Positions 60,341 to 64,000 of a DNA stretch of 64,000 nucleotides are shown in pieces. The stretch is taken from positions 10,433 to 74,432 of the forward strand of contig BOKS01000017.1 in the NCBI GenBank assembly GCA_016861105.1. The letters run 5' to 3'. The notes below the pieces were generated by a model, which saw nothing but the letters and a program-made list of their open reading frames with translations, was not told the DNA's origin and did no database searches. Origin of the DNA: Betaproteobacteria bacterium (lineage in GTDB: Bacteria > Pseudomonadota > Gammaproteobacteria > Burkholderiales > Casimicrobiaceae). Positions within the stretch are counted from its first letter, which is position 1. Every line of letters begins with the position of its first letter. The position numbers and the translations under genes were made by a program.

Positions 60341-62524
60341 TCACGCGAGCTTGAGCGGCAGCGTCCGCAGCCGCTTGCCGGTCGCCGCGGCGATGGCATT
60401 GGCGACCGCCGGCGCGATCGGCGGCACGCCGGGCTCGCCCACGCCGGTCGGCGCGGCGGCCGACGGGACGATGTGCACGTCCACGCGCGGCATCTCGTCA
60501 ATGCGCAGGATGCGGTAGTCGTGGAAGTTCGACTGCTCGACCTTACCGTCCTTCAGCGTGATCGCGCCGTACAGCGCCGCCGACAGGCCGAAGCCGATGC
60601 CGCCCTCCATCTGCGCGCGGACGTTGTCCGGGTTGACCGCGACGCCGCAGTCGACGGCGCACACGACCCGGTCCACGGTCAAGCTGCCGTCGGCCTTCAC
60701 CGTGACCTCCGCGACCTGCGCCACGACGCTGTTGAACGATTCGTGCACGGCGATGCCGCGGCCCCGTTTCTCCCCGGCCTTGCCGGCCGCGAGCGGCGTG
60801 CCCCAGCCGGCCTGCTTGGCGGCGAGATCCAGCACCGCCACGTGGCGCGGGTGCCTGCCGAGCAGCGCCCGGCGGAAGGCGACCGGATCCTTGCCCGCGG
60901 CCACGGCCAGCTCGTCGACGAAGGCCTCGGTGGTGAACGCGTTCTGCGACGAGCCGACGCTGCGCCACCACAGCACGGGAACGCCGACCTGCGGGGCGTG
61001 CGCTTCCACGTGGATCGCGCCCACCGCGTACGGCAGGTTGGCCGCTCCCTCCGCCGACGTCTGATCGACGCCGTTCCTCACCATGCCCTGCTCGAACATG
61101 GTGCCGGCGGCGATCGACTGGTTCACCATCCGGTGCTGCCAGCCGACGATCGCGCCGTCCGCGTCCAGGCCCGCCTTCAGCGTCTGCAGGCAGGCGGGCC
61201 TGTAGAAGCCGCCGCGCGTGTCGTCCTCGCGCGTCCACACGAGCTTGACGGGGACGCGCGTCTGCTTGCGCGCGAGCGCCAGCACGATGTTCGCGCACTC
61301 GAGCAGGTAGTCGGCGGCGGGGTTCGCGCGCCGCCCGAAGCTGCCGCCGGCGAACAGCATGTTGAGCTTCACCCGCTCCGGCTTGATGCCGAAGAACTTC
61401 GCCAGCGCCTCCTGGTCGCCGGTCTGGAACTGCTCGCCGTTCCACACCTCGACCGTGTCGTCGGGGTGGACGAGCATCACGCAGTTCAGCGGCTCCATGG
61501 CGGCGTGGGCGAGGTAGGGCAGCTCGTAGCTCGCCTCCACGACCCTGGCGGCGCCGGCGATCGCCTTCGCGGCGTCGCCTTCGCTGCGCGCGACCGCGCC
61601 GGGCTTCTCCGCGAGCTTGCGGAACTCGGCCATCACGTCCGACGACGAGAAGCGGATGCCGCCTTCCCACCGGATCCTGAGTGCGTCGCGTGCGGCCTTC
61701 GCGGCCCAGAAGCCGGTCGCGAGCACGGCCACGCCGGACGGGATCTCGATGACGTGCCGCACGCCGGGAATGCCCTGCACGCCCGCGGCGTCGACCGACG
61801 CCGCCTTCGCGCCGAGCCGCGGCGGATGCGCGACGACCGCTGTCAGCATGCCGGGCAGCTTCACGTCCTGCGTGAACTGCGCCGTGCCGTTCGACTTCGC
61901 CCGCGCGTCGACGCGCGGCACGTGCCGGCCGATGTACGTCCAGGCCTTCGGGTCCTTCGGCTTCGCGTCGGCGGGCACGGGCAGCGACGCTGCGGCGGTC
62001 GCGAGCTCGCCGAAGGTGGCACTGCGCTTGCTGGCGGCGTGCGTGACGCGCCCGTCGCGGACCGCGAGCGACGCGGCCGGCACGTTCCACCGCTGCGCCG
62101 CGGCGGCGAGCAGCATGGCGCGCGCGGCGGCGCCCGCGGCGCGCAGCTGCTCCCACGAGTTGGCGAGCGACGTCGATCCGCCGGTGCCCTGCGCCGGCCC
62201 CCACAGCAGGTTGTTGTAGCGCGCCGCGTCGGCGGGGGCGCCGACGACGCGCACCTGTCCCCAGGCCGCGTCGAGCTCGTCGGCGACGAGCGTGGCGAGC
62301 CCCGTGTAAGACCCCTGGCCCATCTCCAGGTGCTTGCTGACCACGGTCACCGTGTTGTCGGCGCCGATGCGCACGAACGCGTTCGGCTCGAACGCGGCGC
62401 CCGCGGCGGCCTTCGCGCCCTGCGCGAACGCGGGCACGTGCACGCCGAGCGCGAGCCCGGCGGCGGCCGCGCCGCCGGCACGCAGGAAGTCGCGGCGCGA
62501 GACGTTCTCGATGCGGATCGTCAT
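60341..62524 (-). CDS. Xanthine dehydrogenase-family molybdopterin-binding subunit (isoquinoline 1-oxidoreductase beta-like)
   Basis: SRRDFLR Tat signal, EMGQG, GGSFGRR, WWRSVG, GVGEPG. Confidence 0.92.
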   Translation of the reverse strand: MTIRIENVSRRDFLRAGGAAAAGLALGVHVPAFAQGAKAAAGAAFEPNAFVRIGADNTVTVVSKHLEMGQGSYTGLATLVADELDAAWGQVRVVGAPADAARYNNLLWGPAQGTGGSTSLANSWEQLRAAGAAARAMLLAAAAQRWNVPAASLAVRDGRVTHAASKRSATFGELATAAASLPVPADAKPKDPKAWTYIGRHVPRVDARAKSNGTAQFTQDVKLPGMLTAVVAHPPRLGAKAASVDAAGVQGIPGVRHVIEIPSGVAVLATGFWAAKAARDALRIRWEGGIRFSSSDVMAEFRKLAEKPGAVARSEGDAAKAIAGAARVVEASYELPYLAHAAMEPLNCVMLVHPDDTVEVWNGEQFQTGDQEALAKFFGIKPERVKLNMLFAGGSFGRRANPAADYLLECANIVLALARKQTRVPVKLVWTREDDTRGGFYRPACLQTLKAGLDADGAIVGWQHRMVNQSIAAGTMFEQGMVRNGVDQTSAEGAANLPYAVGAIHVEAHAPQVGVPVLWWRSVGSSQNAFTTEAFVDELAVAAGKDPVAFRRALLGRHPRHVAVLDLAAKQAGWGTPLAAGKAGEKRGRGIAVHESFNSVVAQVAEVTVKADGSLTVDRVVCAVDCGVAVNPDNVRAQMEGGIGFGLSAALYGAITLKDGKVEQSNFHDYRILRIDEMPRVDVHIVPSAAAPTGVGEPGVPPIAPAVANAIAAATGKRLRTLPLKLA

Positions 62525-62536
62525 GGTCGTTCGTCC

Positions 62537-63001
62537 TCAGCCCAGCGACTTCGCGGCCTCGTGGATCGCGGCCCGGATGCGCGGATACGTGGCGCAGCGG
62601 CACAGGTTGCCCGCCATCGCCTGGTCGATGTCCGCGTCGGTCGGCCGCTTCGTACGGGCGAGCAGCGCCGCGGCCGCCATCACCTGTCCCGACTGGCAGT
62701 AGCCGCACTGCGGGACGTCGAGCTTCTCCCAGGCCGCCTGCACGGCTTTCGCCTCGCGCGTGCGCGCGCCCTCGATCGTCGTGATCTCGGCGCCGGTCTT
62801 GATCGACGACAGCGGCGTGGCGCACGAGCGCACCGGCTGGCCCTCGATCCAGACGGTGCAGGCCCCGCAGACGGCGATGCCACAGCCGTACTTGGTGCCC
62901 GTCAGCGACAGCGCATCGCGCAGGATCCACAGCAGCGGCGTGTCGCCGGGCACGTTCGACGCGACGTCGACGCGCTCCTGGTTGACGAAGAGCGTGGGCA
63001 T
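62537..63001 (-). CDS. (2Fe-2S)-binding subunit (isoquinoline 1-oxidoreductase alpha-like)
   Basis: [29 protein letters not shown]. Confidence 0.94.
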   Translation of the reverse strand: MPTLFVNQERVDVASNVPGDTPLLWILRDALSLTGTKYGCGIAVCGACTVWIEGQPVRSCATPLSSIKTGAEITTIEGARTREAKAVQAAWEKLDVPQCGYCQSGQVMAAAALLARTKRPTDADIDQAMAGNLCRCATYPRIRAAIHEAAKSLG

Positions 63002-63149
63002 GGCAGGAACTCCGGACGGCGGTGCGCGGCGGTGCGACGCGGGGCCGACATGGTAGGCGATCCGGCGCGCGGTTGCACGCCCGAAAGCGACCCCGGGCGT
63101 CGACGTCGCTGCGGCTATAATGCGCCATTCACCCGCGGGAACTCGCGCC

Positions 63150-64000
63150 ATGGAAGCCGAACAGCTGAACCAGATCGCCGGCACGCTCGACGGCCTCGCC
63201 GACCGCGCGCAGGCGATGCGGAGGTATCTTTGACTTCGACGTCAAGGCGGCCCGGCTGACCGAGATCACGCGGGAGCTCGAGGACCCGAAGGTCTGGGAA
63301 GATCCCGAGCGCGCGCAGGCGCTCGGCAGGGAGAAGAAGGCGCTCGAGGGCGTGGTGGGCACGCTGAGCGCCGTCGACGCGGGGCTCGGCGACGCGCGCG
63401 AGCTGTTCGAGCTCGCGCGCGCCGAGGACGACGACGCCACGCTCGAGGCCGTGCGCGCGGACCTGGGCGCGATCGAGAAGCTCGTCGCGGACCTCGAGTT
63501 TCGCCGCATGTTCCATCATCCGATGGACCCGGCGAACTGCTTCCTCGACATCCAGGCCGGCAGCGGCGGCACCGAGGCGCAGGACTGGGCGCAGATGCTG
63601 CTGCGCATGTACACGCGCTACTGCGAGCGGCGCGGCTACGCGGTCGACGTGCTCGAGATCTCGGAGGGCGACGTCGCCGGGATCAAGAGCGCGTCGCTGA
63701 AGATCGACGGCGAGTACGCGTACGGCTACCTGCGCACGGAGACGGGCGTGCACCGGCTGGTGCGCAAGAGCCCGTTCGACGCGAACGCGCGCCGGCACAC
63801 GTCCTTCGCCAGCGTCTTCGTCTACCCGGAGGTCGACGAGTCGATCGAGGTGGACATCAACCCGTCGGACCTGCGGATCGACACCTACCGCGCGTCCGGC
63901 GCCGGCGGCCAGCACGTCAACAAGACCGACTCGGCGGTGCGCATCACCCACCTGCCCACGGGCATCGTCGTGCAGTGCCAGACCGACCGGTCGCAGCACC
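63150..64000 (+). CDS. prfB: Peptide chain release factor 2 (programmed +1 frameshift; 3' truncated; not in ORF track)
   Basis: ORF1 MEAEQLNQ...MRRYL ends CTT-TGA (63228-63233); +1 frame DFDVK...[11 protein letters not shown]...[15 protein letters not shown]. Confidence 0.96.
63220..63234 (+). promoter_or_regulatory. prfB +1 frameshift cassette
   Basis: Internal SD GGAGG, TAT, then CTT TGA C. Confidence 0.93.

Overview
Very GC-rich betaproteobacterial chromosome segment (Burkholderiales-like; the DUF5648-type surface protein hints at a Casimicrobium-like lineage, which is inference). Most of it is housekeeping: aceA; xseB-ispA-dxs-folE2; mutL-miaA; leuC-entericidin-leuD-leuB-asd-fimV-truA-trpF-trpB-trpA-accD-folC-dedD-cvpA-purF; lpxH-ppiB-ppiA; nudC; iorB/iorA-type molybdoenzyme; and the 5' part of frameshifted prfB. 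A SAM-II riboswitch precedes a Cys/Met PLP enzyme and a sigma-54-type promoter precedes a PEP-CTERM gene. The most unusual region is a six-gene signalling module at 7824-15714: a GAF-PP2C-anti-sigma kinase fusion, STAS, an ECF sigma factor, a membrane anti-sigma with a long heptad-repeat tail, an outer-membrane gluzincin/propeller/barrel protein and a PrsW protease. The same ECF-type promoter motif (CCAACTTT-N10-GGGTGTA) lies directly before the sigma gene and inside the anti-sigma gene. The internal copy precedes a strong RBS and an in-frame ATG, predicting a sigma-induced short isoform without the inhibitory domain. Also noted: a CTAG-anchored MITE-like repeat overlapping stop codons (3 copies), other REP-like elements, a probable ATC start codon and intragenic promoters. 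No rRNA, tRNA, CRISPR array or transposase was recognised. All calls are by eye; no database searches were run.
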